Assembly: GCA_903881065.1 (NCBI GenBank)
Contig: CAIRRW010000046.1
Span: 1 to 37,220 of the forward strand
Direction of reading: 5' to 3'
DNA length: 37,220 nt
Source of the DNA: an uncultured Bacteroidota bacterium
GTDB lineage: Bacteria > Bacteroidota > Bacteroidia > 2-12-FULL-35-15
Shown here: one piece after another, positions 17,880-25,681 of the stretch
Numbering within the stretch: the stretch's first letter is position 1
Layout of the letters: each line of letters begins with the position of its first letter
Program-made: the position numbers and the translations under genes
Notes under the pieces: model-generated
Databases searched by the model: none
Seen by the model: only the letters and a program-made list of their open reading frames with translations
What the model was told of the DNA's origin: nothing

Positions 17880-19832
17880 TTACTGTATTATCAGCTTCTT
17901 GGTTATAACATTTCTCATGTCATCTGTTACTTGAACAAAATAAATTCCATTGCTCATTTCTCCTCTCTCTATCACACAATCTTTGCCGGTAAAGTTTAAT
18001 GTTTTTATTTCTTTACCTAATAAATCTGTAATACTAACTCTGGTGTTTTCTTGCTCTGAAGAAAAGGAAATTGTGGTTTGGGAGGTAAAGGGATTTGGGT
18101 AAATAATAAATTGTTCTTCATTTAATAATTCTGTAATTCCCATAGTGCAAGAATTAACAGGGAACCAAGTGGAAGTTGCTGAACAGCCTGATAAATTAGT
18201 TACTTCAACCCACCAAGTACCTATAGCACATGGAACAAATTGTGTATTTAACTGTGCTTGGAGTATACCATTAAGATACCATTTATATGTATAACCAGTT
18301 CCTCCAATTGAACAAGCAATCATGTTACCAGGTTGAATTGAAACAATAGGTGTAGGATTTGGATTGACTGTAACTGTTGAAGTTGCAGTATGTGAACAAC
18401 CTAAAGTTGTACCTGTAATTAAATATGTTGTAGTGCTTAAAGGAGTAGCAATTCCTGAATTGACTCCAGTAGGTGTAATGCCTGATGGCCAAATATAACT
18501 TGAAGCTCCAGTTGGCATTATAGTAGCTGTATCTCCTTGACAAATATTAGGAGAATTAACGGATACAGTGGGTGATGGATTAACATTAACGTTGATAAAA
18601 ATTGTGTCAGTGCAACGTGAAGAAGAAGAACTTGTTGCCTCAAGATGATATACTGTTGTGGAACTAGGGGAAGCCATAGGATTGCTTTGATTGTCATTTG
18701 ATAATCCTAAAGCAGGAGTCCAATTTTGAGTCCAACTGTATGTTACACCTGGGCTAGGAGGTACACCAATTAAGATACTATCTCCAAAGCAAATTGTAGG
18801 ATTCCTGTCAGGATTATAGGAAGACAAACTCGGAACAACAGTAACATTAACTGTATCTGAAGAAGAGTTACCACAATTATCAAAGGCATTCAAAATGTAT
18901 TGTGTATTACTATTAGGATAAACATTTGGATTACTTATTGTGTCACTTTCCAAACCTATGGAAGGAAACCAATGATAAGTTATTCCTGCTGTTGGAGGAA
19001 CGCCTAATTGAAGGTGACAAGGAGAATAATTAGGAGGAAAATTAAAAATAGTTAGGTCTGGCCCCGCGTTGCAAACTACAGGGCTTACAGCTGTATTACA
19101 TGTCCCATTACAAGCATTAAGTGTGGCAGCAGCATTGGTAATCCAAGTTGTACTGCCATCTTGAACTCTACATATCACAGTACCAAGATTTGGTGATGCA
19201 CCAGCATAACTTACAACAGAATTAGGGAAAGAAGTAGGAGCAGCTAGTGCAACAACATTGGCACATGCTGACGGATTGGCAATGGGTGAAGCAGCAATAG
19301 ATAAACCTGGATATGATGAATTATTCCAAAGATTTGCCTGACCTGGATTTGTTGTCCAATAAACCACATCCAGAACATTGCCGGATGCATCATAAAGACC
19401 AATTGACTCTTCAAGATTATCAAGAAACCACCGGCTGGCTAAAGTATTTAAGAATGTTACATTGGAACCTGTGCAATAATTAGGAAGAAGAAGAGTAGCC
19501 CCTGAATTTGCACCTCCAATAGAAATAAATCCAAATGGCGGAATAATAGTACCTAAAGGAAATCTAAAAGAACCTTGAGTACTAGGTGACTGACCTGAAT
19601 TAGGAGTAGCAATAATATAACAACTAATATCAATAGGTGTACAAGGGTTTTTATTGTAAAGTTCTACATATTCACTTCCGTAGGTAGGATTAGCACAATC
19701 TTTCATAGATTGAAACTGTGCACTGGTTTGACTTGTACCAGGCTTTACGTTTACCTCATTTATCACAACTTGAGATTTTAAGCTCTCTAATAAAAAACTT
19801 ATTAGAATGTAGAATATTATTTGCTTTTTCAT
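17880..19832 (-). CDS. secreted lamin-tail-domain (LTD) / Ig-like repeat protein with T9SS C-terminal sorting domain (island cargo)
   Basis: Signal peptide. An LTD-like N-terminus (VVINEVNVKPG...SEYVELYNKNPCTPIDISCYII) is followed by several Cys-containing beta-sandwich repeats (C.GDS/T...Y.W...GLS....P......TTTY). The C-terminus YPNPFTSQTTISF...ITDLLGKEI...GIYFVQV...KKLIIQ is a T9SS CTD. Confidence 0.75.
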   Translation of the reverse strand: MKKQIIFYILISFLLESLKSQVVINEVNVKPGTSQTSAQFQSMKDCANPTYGSEYVELYNKNPCTPIDISCYIIATPNSGQSPSTQGSFRFPLGTIIPPFGFISIGGANSGATLLLPNYCTGSNVTFLNTLASRWFLDNLEESIGLYDASGNVLDVVYWTTNPGQANLWNNSSYPGLSIAASPIANPSACANVVALAAPTSFPNSVVSYAGASPNLGTVICRVQDGSTTWITNAAATLNACNGTCNTAVSPVVCNAGPDLTIFNFPPNYSPCHLQLGVPPTAGITYHWFPSIGLESDTISNPNVYPNSNTQYILNAFDNCGNSSSDTVNVTVVPSLSSYNPDRNPTICFGDSILIGVPPSPGVTYSWTQNWTPALGLSNDNQSNPMASPSSTTVYHLEATSSSSSRCTDTIFINVNVNPSPTVSVNSPNICQGDTATIMPTGASSYIWPSGITPTGVNSGIATPLSTTTYLITGTTLGCSHTATSTVTVNPNPTPIVSIQPGNMIACSIGGTGYTYKWYLNGILQAQLNTQFVPCAIGTWWVEVTNLSGCSATSTWFPVNSCTMGITELLNEEQFIIYPNPFTSQTTISFSSEQENTRVSITDLLGKEIKTLNFTGKDCVIERGEMSNGIYFVQVTDDMRNVITKKLIIQ

Positions 19833-19922
19833 AAACTTACTTATTTATTATCCTCAGATGTATGCCTCATTATTTAATAATATAATGATGTGATTATATT
19901 TATATCCAATAAAGCTATGGAT

Positions 19923-20399
19923 TTACTTATGTAAATAATACAAAAAACCCTCAGTACCAGGAGATGTGGTACTTCCCCATTGCAGTGCCATATTAGTCAG
20001 ACTTTGGGACACTATGATATAAATTTGACCACTAACTTCTATAGTTGTGGCTGAAGTCATTTTCCAATAGTAAGGTTCTATATAACCTGTCATCTTAATT
20101 CCATCACTACATTCTTTCCAATTTTGATTATTACTGCCAAGATAAGGTGTTGCTTTAAATTCAATTCTGCAATTTACAGGATCACTAAAATATTGTGGAT
20201 AGCCTGACAACATTACACCATTGGATATATCATCTTTTCTGTCAAGTATCCAATTCCCTAGTAAAGCCGAATCAGCAGCTGTTAAAACTAATGGTGTTGG
20301 AGTTGTAGAAGGTGTCGTTGTAGGAGATGGTGATTTATCTTTCTTACAGCTTGCAGATATTATTGTAACTGTAATCACAGCTAAAATTAATTTTTTCAT
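19923..20399 (-). CDS. lipoprotein, lipocalin-like (island cargo)
   Basis: The lipobox SASCKKDKSP and LLGNWILD mirror the 17040-17858 product. Confidence 0.6.
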   Translation of the reverse strand: MKKLILAVITVTIISASCKKDKSPSPTTTPSTTPTPLVLTAADSALLGNWILDRKDDISNGVMLSGYPQYFSDPVNCRIEFKATPYLGSNNQNWKECSDGIKMTGYIEPYYWKMTSATTIEVSGQIYIIVSQSLTNMALQWGSTTSPGTEGFLYYLHK

Positions 20400-20442
20400 G
20401 ATAATTGTTTTTGGTGGGTCAAATGTAAGTATAATTTCTTAA

Positions 20443-20460
20443 GGTAACATATATGTTGCC
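20443..20460. promoter_or_regulatory. 18-bp near-palindrome, candidate operator in the divergent XRE/lipoprotein promoter region
   Basis: ggtaacata|tatgttgcc, with one mismatch from perfect dyad symmetry, about 50 nt upstream of the XRE gene. Confidence 0.3.
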
Positions 20461-20508
20461 CTTTATATTTTAAATATATTCCACCTTGCAATAAATTCAA
20501 GTTGCAAA

Positions 20509-20736
20509 ATGGAGGATCAGGAGTTCCTTGTACAATTAGGTAAAGAAATTGCCAAGCAAAGAAAGAAGAAAGGGCTTACTCAGCTTGACTTAGCCTCTCT
20601 TGTCAATATGGAGAAAGCAACAATAACCAGACTTGAAAAAGGCAGAACTAATCCCACATCCTTAACTCTTCTTAAAATAAGTAAAGCATTAGGTGTTCCC
20701 GTATCTAAATTCTTTGCATTTCAGAAAAATATTTAA
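20509..20736 (+). CDS. XRE-family helix-turn-helix transcriptional regulator
   Basis: 75 aa whose sequence LGKEIAKQRKKKGLTQLDLASLVNMEKATITRLEKGRTNPTSLTLLKISKALGV matches the HTH_3/XRE pattern. Confidence 0.8.
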   Translation: MEDQEFLVQLGKEIAKQRKKKGLTQLDLASLVNMEKATITRLEKGRTNPTSLTLLKISKALGVPVSKFFAFQKNI

Positions 20737-20758
20737 TCTGAGTTTTCAACAAGCATTA

Positions 20759-20797
20759 AAAGTTAGCGTTATATATGCACTAACTTTTCCAATTTTT
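20759..20797 (+). terminator. candidate terminator after the XRE gene
   Basis: 9-bp stem aaaagttag / ctaactttt with a 13-nt loop, followed by ccaattttt. The loop is large, so support is moderate only. Confidence 0.4.
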
Positions 20798-20841
20798 ATT
20801 AACAATGTAAATTCAAGCGTAAAAGTGATTTAAAAAACATT

Positions 20842-20849
20842 TATCTTTG
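20842..20849 (+). promoter_or_regulatory. candidate -7 promoter box (TAtcTTTG) with no long ORF downstream
   Basis: Exact TAnnTTTG match. The next 690 nt contain no ORF of 60 aa or more on either strand. Confidence 0.3.
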
Positions 20850-20856
20850 TATTGTT

Positions 20857-21115
20857 AAATCAGTTCATACTGGTCGGAAAGATTAACGGCAGCAGTATAA
20901 AATTAAAGGGTTACTGTGGGAATCATGCACAATCCAGGAATAGCACAAAGAAGAAAGTTCCACGCATGACAGGTGATTGACCACCTGTAAGTTTGTCTTC
21001 AAGCTGAGTGGCGTCAATGCTCCAACTCAGACACTAGAAGGGGAAGCATGTAAAATGTTTTAAGCCTAAAGGTGAGTGATACAAGGGGTAATAACCTTGC
21101 TAGGAATCACTCACT
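20857..21115 (+). ncRNA. candidate structured non-coding RNA (unknown family); strand uncertain
   Basis: Stops occur in all six frames. Several clean stems are present: 20969-20975/20982-20988 (7 bp), 20997-21000+21004-21009 / 21025-21030+21037-21040 (4+6 bp), and 21072-21080/21106-21114 (9 bp) enclosing 21082-21086/21095-21099 (5 bp). Confidence 0.3.
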
Positions 21116-21216
21116 CTTCACATCAGAAAAAGCATATAATACTTAAGTATAACTAAATATTACTAGATAAATAATACTAGGTAAAATAACAAGTTCTTAT
21201 TAATCTGTTTATTTTA

Positions 21217-21402
21217 TTAAACAAGTTCCTCAGCATGCATCTCTGCCTGTTCTAATAAAGTTTCAGTAGCTCTTGGTTCATCATCCGGTGGGTATTTATA
21301 GAATCTGAGTACACGTTTAACTTCCAATTTAACCTTATCCTTAGCACTTTGCCTGATAGTCCAATCCAATGTAGTAGAAGATTTAACTCTCTTGTCTAAA
21401 TT
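21217..21402 (-). pseudogene. remnant of the C-terminus of a type I restriction enzyme R subunit (HsdR, DUF3387-type tail)
   Basis: The open frame reads NLDKRVKSSTTLDWTIRQSAKDKVKLEVKRVLRFYKYPPDDEPRATETLLEQAEMHAEELV*. The pattern dW..r.s.k.k.k..vkR.L..y.YPPd.....a...leQAe is the characteristic HsdR C-terminal tail. There is no upstream start or helicase body, and an in-frame stop lies at 21403-21405. Confidence 0.55.
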
Positions 21403-21506
21403 TTAGTCTAATATTTCAATATTATTAGTATTTATTATTGGTGAAGCAAATGTACTATAAATCCTTCTAGAACTATGAGAGAGTTTTATAATAAGGAGGA
21501 GCATAA

Positions 21507-21538
21507 AATAAGAGTTCAGTTTTACCCGAACTCTTATT
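21507..21538 (-). terminator. rho-independent terminator after the DUF932/DUF3871-like gene
   Basis: 11-bp stem aataagagttc / gaactcttatt, followed on the minus strand by TTTTAT. It starts 3 nt after the stop codon. Confidence 0.6.
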
Positions 21539-21540
21539 TA

Positions 21541-22539
21541 TTATCCCATATACCAGAAAGGATCTTTATTAATCTTGTGATTAATCAGTCCATAACTGAA
21601 ATCATGTGAGTTCACACCTCTTTCAAGGAATGAATCAATATAACTGGATTTATTAGCTCCTGTCAGTAAGTTGTAGAACTGCCACATGCTAATGCTTCCA
21701 CCTTGTTCAGTTCCAAAGTTGAAATCCTTGTAATAATCATGTACAACGGCACTAAGCTGTTGGTCACCAAGTAATATTTCAGGTATACCTTTCCTTGTAG
21801 CATCTGGCAAGTGTTTGAACATTCTGCATCTTCCTACTACTTGAGCAAATTCAGTTTCTGAAAGCTCTATGTCAATCATGTTTCTCATTGCTTTCAAGTG
21901 TTTCCCAGCTTTGTATCTGTTAATCAAATTCTCTACGGCATACATGAGTTGACCTGTAGAGCTGATTCCCACCTCTTCTGCAATTCCATCACTCCATACA
22001 CATAAATTACAGCATACAGTATTCTGAAATCCTACAAACAATTGAAAATGCTGGTCTGCACTACCTCTCTTGCTATACAGGTTGTCAAGATTGTAAGACT
22101 TAACACCACCAATAGTAAGAGATAGAGAGTTACCGTTTACAGTATCATACACTGAAGGTATCTCAATTACAAACATCATTCTCTCATAATACAAAGTCTG
22201 CTCATGTGGTTGAAGGTCTTTTGCAGCCTTTTTCTTAGCCTCTGGTATTCTTCCTTTTATAGGATGGCTAACTCTGATACTTGGTTTCATGATGGTTTCA
22301 TTTGCAAACATCCTATGTGTCATTTCCCAAGTAGATTCAACAAATTCAGAGTGACTAATCAATGGTTCATTTGATGTAGCCCAAACAGGAATAATGTGTT
22401 CATCCCTTATTTCCTTTACACTTACAGGGATTGTATTAGCTTCTATAAATGGCTTGGCTGTTGATACTTTACCACTGCCATTTAGTGAAGGTGCCTGAAT
22501 CTGTTCAAGCACCTTCTTGTTATTAACTATGAATTCCAT
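21541..22539 (-). CDS. DUF932/DUF3871-like protein of mobile elements (function unknown)
   Basis: 332 aa. The size, the context (overlapping the AAA_24 ATPase gene by 17 nt) and the general sequence character recall DUF3871/DUF932 proteins of Bacteroidota integrative elements. The family call is from memory, not verified. Confidence 0.45.
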   Translation of the reverse strand: MEFIVNNKKVLEQIQAPSLNGSGKVSTAKPFIEANTIPVSVKEIRDEHIIPVWATSNEPLISHSEFVESTWEMTHRMFANETIMKPSIRVSHPIKGRIPEAKKKAAKDLQPHEQTLYYERMMFVIEIPSVYDTVNGNSLSLTIGGVKSYNLDNLYSKRGSADQHFQLFVGFQNTVCCNLCVWSDGIAEEVGISSTGQLMYAVENLINRYKAGKHLKAMRNMIDIELSETEFAQVVGRCRMFKHLPDATRKGIPEILLGDQQLSAVVHDYYKDFNFGTEQGGSISMWQFYNLLTGANKSSYIDSFLERGVNSHDFSYGLINHKINKDPFWYMG

Positions 22540-23419
22540 TACTCAAAAAGCTGTTAGGTTTAACATTAATTTGATTCTTTCTTGTAATGAAATCCTGCTT
22601 GTAAGTCTCCTGATGCTCAACATTCGCATTAAAGAGTTCAATAAGTTCATCAACACTTTTACATGCACTGATTCTTACTCCAAAATCATCAGGCTTTGGT
22701 TGTTCTGCTATAACATTAGCTACAGCAGGTACTAATGGTTTACCGGAACTACACCATTCCGAAATAATTTCACCTACTTCAGATGACAATTTTAATTCAG
22801 GCTTGTTAATGAACAACCCTGTTCTGTCCTTGCTCACCGATGCCAAGTGTCTCATGTTAATTTCAAATACAAGTGTAAACTCATACTCTGCATCTTCACG
22901 CTGAACAGCTTTCAAACCAATCTTCTCAGGCACTTGTTTTCCATCTCTTTCAGAAATAACATAATCAGTTTTGCTTCTCATTGTACCAATTACGTGAATG
23001 TTACTCTGTAGAATTTTCTGCACAAATGCATTGTGTCTTGGTGTTACCTTTCCCCATGCTGTAAAGGAATTGCCGGGGATGTTACTGTGAATGTCAAGTA
23101 TTCCTCCTTGTCCATTCCACTCAGCTGACAGGGAATCAATAATTAAACACTCAAACCCATTGTTTACAGCAAGGTCAATGGCTTCACCAAAAAGCTCCGG
23201 TGTAAAGGGTGGAGCAATGCTAAGTACAGAGTATTCTCCTAAATCAGAATACAGGTTTGCTGAACCATTCTCTGTGTCAATAACAGCAATTTTACTCCAA
23301 TCTTTGGTAAGCCCATAAGCCAGTAATAATGCTGAATAAGATTTGCCGGAACCTGATGAGCCTTGTAGAGCCATCTTAATTTTGCAGAGGTTCCTTTCTG
23401 CTTTTCTAAATTGTTTCAT
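22523..23419 (-). CDS. AAA_24 / Sak4-like RecA-fold ATPase
   Basis: Walker A (LQGSSGSGKSYSA), then AVIDTENGS, Walker B-like CLIIDSLSAEW, and a later HVIGTMRSK strand. This order is typical of phage AAA_24 NTP-binding proteins. It has a C-terminal extension of about 80 aa. Confidence 0.7.
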   Translation of the reverse strand: MKQFRKAERNLCKIKMALQGSSGSGKSYSALLLAYGLTKDWSKIAVIDTENGSANLYSDLGEYSVLSIAPPFTPELFGEAIDLAVNNGFECLIIDSLSAEWNGQGGILDIHSNIPGNSFTAWGKVTPRHNAFVQKILQSNIHVIGTMRSKTDYVISERDGKQVPEKIGLKAVQREDAEYEFTLVFEINMRHLASVSKDRTGLFINKPELKLSSEVGEIISEWCSSGKPLVPAVANVIAEQPKPDDFGVRISACKSVDELIELFNANVEHQETYKQDFITRKNQINVKPNSFLSNGIHS

Positions 23420-23539
23420 GATTATAAAAATTTTAAGTTATACAAAAACAATAAAGAGTTCGATAATAATGAGGGTGGGAAAAAGAGAGGCAATCTCAGT
23501 ATAGAAAGCCCCTCTAATAATTTAAACTTTTAAAGTTTA

Positions 23540-23995
23540 CTACAACATGCCTTGGTCTGCAAATGAGAAATAACCTGAGTCTGCAATAATGATGTGGTCA
23601 ATTATTGCTATATCCATTATTCTTCCGGCATCCTTAAACTGTTTAGTAATAGTAATATCCTGTTGGGAAGGTTTAAGGTTTCCTGAAGGATGGTTGTGTA
23701 CAATTACCATACTTGTAGCAAGGCTCTTAAGAGCAATGGCAAATGCAATCCTTATATCTACAACTGTTCCAGATATACCTCCTGCACTAAGCATGTTGTA
23801 CCCTATGACCAGATTATTACGGTTAAGTAATATAATAAAGAAGTATTCTTTAAAGTCAATAATACACTCTGACGAAGAATAAATCTTTCTTATTAATTCA
23901 TGTAAATTTAAGGAGGTAATAATCTTTTCATTGTAAAAGTTTTTCTTGGAATAACTAACACTGATTTCATTTAAAGTTTTGTTTACTGTACTCAT
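23540..23995 (-). CDS. RadC-like JAB (JAMM) domain protein
   Basis: 151 aa with the HNHPSG JAMM motif (VIVHNHPSGNLKPSQQD) and a downstream D..II motif. It lacks the N-terminal HhH region of full-length RadC. Confidence 0.8.
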   Translation of the reverse strand: MSTVNKTLNEISVSYSKKNFYNEKIITSLNLHELIRKIYSSSECIIDFKEYFFIILLNRNNLVIGYNMLSAGGISGTVVDIRIAFAIALKSLATSMVIVHNHPSGNLKPSQQDITITKQFKDAGRIMDIAIIDHIIIADSGYFSFADQGML

Positions 23996-24292
23996 GTTTA
24001 ACTGATTTTAAAGGTTAATACTAATTTCTAAAATCAATAAAGAGTTGGATAATAATAAAAAAGTAATTCTTAATAAACTTTTAAGATTTACATGTAAACA
24101 AAAAAATGATAGTGGGTACACCCGTTTTTAATAAGGCAGAGGGGGACATCAACAGGGGAACCTTAATACACTCTTCCTTGGACAACTTTTTTATATTTAG
24201 CTATATAATGCGTTAAACTTTAAAAATTTAAAATTAAACCTAAAAAATTTTTTATAAAAAAATTTGAATGCTCAGTATATCTTAACACGTTT

Positions 24293-25519
24293 TCACCTCT
24301 TCGTTTTCATAACTGAATAACAAACCTGCTGATTCATGTTGTCAATAATTTCCAAGTCAAAGTTCTCCAAGAATATTCCTGTAACTCTTAATCCCATTGA
24401 ATGACCAAGTGCTTCTGAAATTAAATCCTTGCTATATCCAAGCTGTTTAGCAATGTTGGCGGTACTGTATCTCATGCAATATCCTGTTAACTTCTCCTTG
24501 CACTCAATCATCTTACCAATCTTCCCAAGATGCTTGTTATAAACCTTATTTGCCTGTCTTATAACAAGCGGCAGGTTTATCTTATCTTCCAATTGTGCAG
24601 GTGTTAATTTACCTATTATTGTTAGTTCACTTCTACCCCTGAAATGATTTAAAATTTCTACTGCTTCCGGCAGCAGTTTAATAGAATATTGTCTCTTGGT
24701 CTTGGCTCTGGTATAAATTAATCTTCCATGCTGAATTTGACTTTCCTTCATAAGAATAAGGTCTTTAAAGTTTATACCGATTAGCATAAACATTAATTTA
24801 CCTAATAACCAACTGTCATATAACCATGAGGATTTATCTATATCTGAATTAAAGAAATTACTAATTTCATCTCTTGTCAACACTCTTGGTCTGGTTGGCT
24901 CCTTCCTAATTTTATAAGTCCTGAATGGGTAATGGTCAAATGTTGCTTCCTTAGCATGTATAGCCTTGTTGTATACTGCTCTCAGTGTTCTGAAATAAAA
25001 ACCGATACTGTTTATACTTACACCTCTGCTTATTAATTCTCCCTCAATATTCTTAAGATAAGCATGGTCAATATGCTCAAATGGAATATGTAAATCCTTT
25101 ATCTTGTTAAGTGCTACTAATGTTTCCATGTATGTTCTCGCACCTCCATTCCTGTCAGCCTTTTGCATGTGTTCAATTTCCATTTGCCAGAAACTATAAA
25201 CATCCATTTTAGGCTTTGGTACAGATAATATATAATCCTTTATTGCTGTTGCTGATAAATCAGAGGGATTGGATTTCTCATACTCAAGCATCTTGGAGAA
25301 ATACTTAAGATACAATTCTTGTACCCTGCTATTTAAAGCATCATAAGTAGGTAATGATGTTTTAATACTTTCAGTTTTCACATTCCAATATCCTTCTGAT
25401 ATTGAATGCCCAATTGGAATAAATCTTGATTCTCCATTTGAAGAAATTCTAAAGACTAATGGATAAGTCTTGTCATTTTTTGCTCTCCTTTTGTCAAGGC
25501 TTAATTTTAATGTTGGCAT
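24293..25519 (-). CDS. int: tyrosine site-specific integrase
   Basis: N-terminus typical of Bacteroidota integrases (MPTLKLSLDKRRAKNDKTYPLVFRI), a SAM-like core-binding region and a C-terminal catalytic region (...MRYSTANIAKQLG...ISEALGHS...). It lies adjacent to the tRNA. I prefer the ATG at 25519 over the TTG at 25543 used in the track. Confidence 0.85.
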   Translation of the reverse strand: MPTLKLSLDKRRAKNDKTYPLVFRISSNGESRFIPIGHSISEGYWNVKTESIKTSLPTYDALNSRVQELYLKYFSKMLEYEKSNPSDLSATAIKDYILSVPKPKMDVYSFWQMEIEHMQKADRNGGARTYMETLVALNKIKDLHIPFEHIDHAYLKNIEGELISRGVSINSIGFYFRTLRAVYNKAIHAKEATFDHYPFRTYKIRKEPTRPRVLTRDEISNFFNSDIDKSSWLYDSWLLGKLMFMLIGINFKDLILMKESQIQHGRLIYTRAKTKRQYSIKLLPEAVEILNHFRGRSELTIIGKLTPAQLEDKINLPLVIRQANKVYNKHLGKIGKMIECKEKLTGYCMRYSTANIAKQLGYSKDLISEALGHSMGLRVTGIFLENFDLEIIDNMNQQVCYSVMKTKR

Positions 25520-25644
25520 AGCTACGTAAGTTGTAGCTTTCAACAGTAAATCATTTGCATGTTATTTGCATTTTATTTAGAGGTTAAACCTCCATTTTCC
25601 TACCACAAAAACTAAGTCTTCTGATAAGGCATAAAATGCAAAAA

Positions 25645-25670
25645 CCCTTACAAACTAGTGTTTATAAGGG
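25645..25670 (-). terminator. element-borne terminator for the reconstituted tRNA-Asn
   Basis: Stem cccttacaaac / gtttataaggg (one mismatch) with loop tagt. On the minus strand it is followed by TTTTTGCATTTT. Confidence 0.5.
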
Positions 25671-25681
25671 CTTTGCTTTTG

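Noticed and set aside
20852-20983. 44-codon TTG-initiated frame (LLNQFILVGKINGSSIKLKGYCGNHAQSRNSTKKKVPRMTGD*) inside the candidate ncRNA
   Set aside because: It has no ATG and no recognisable motif, and it overlaps the predicted stems. It cannot be excluded as a small basic peptide, but there is no positive evidence for it.
21438-21446. ttggtgaag, identical to the stem of the native tRNA terminator hairpin (15759-15767), considered as a third, internal att remnant marking a nested integration
   Set aside because: Only 9 nt match exactly. Similarity decays immediately afterwards and none of the 47-bp core is present, so this is probably chance in AT-rich DNA.
22517-23882. Plus-strand ORFs 22517-22735, 23091-23318 and 23589-23882
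   Set aside because: They are antisense to well-supported genes (AAA_24 ATPase, JAB protein). Their translations are low-complexity or hydrophobic with no motifs.
20737-24292. Retron, DGR, IS605/IS110 guide-RNA or CRISPR-associated explanations for the structured non-coding region
   Set aside because: No reverse transcriptase, TnpB/IscB, IS110 transposase or cas gene exists anywhere in the island. No flanking a1/a2 inverted repeats typical of retron msr/msd were seen.
25520-25543. TTG start for the integrase (track start 25543)
   Set aside because: The ATG at 25519 gives the canonical MPTLKLSLDKRR... N-terminus. The 8 extra codons from the TTG have no support.
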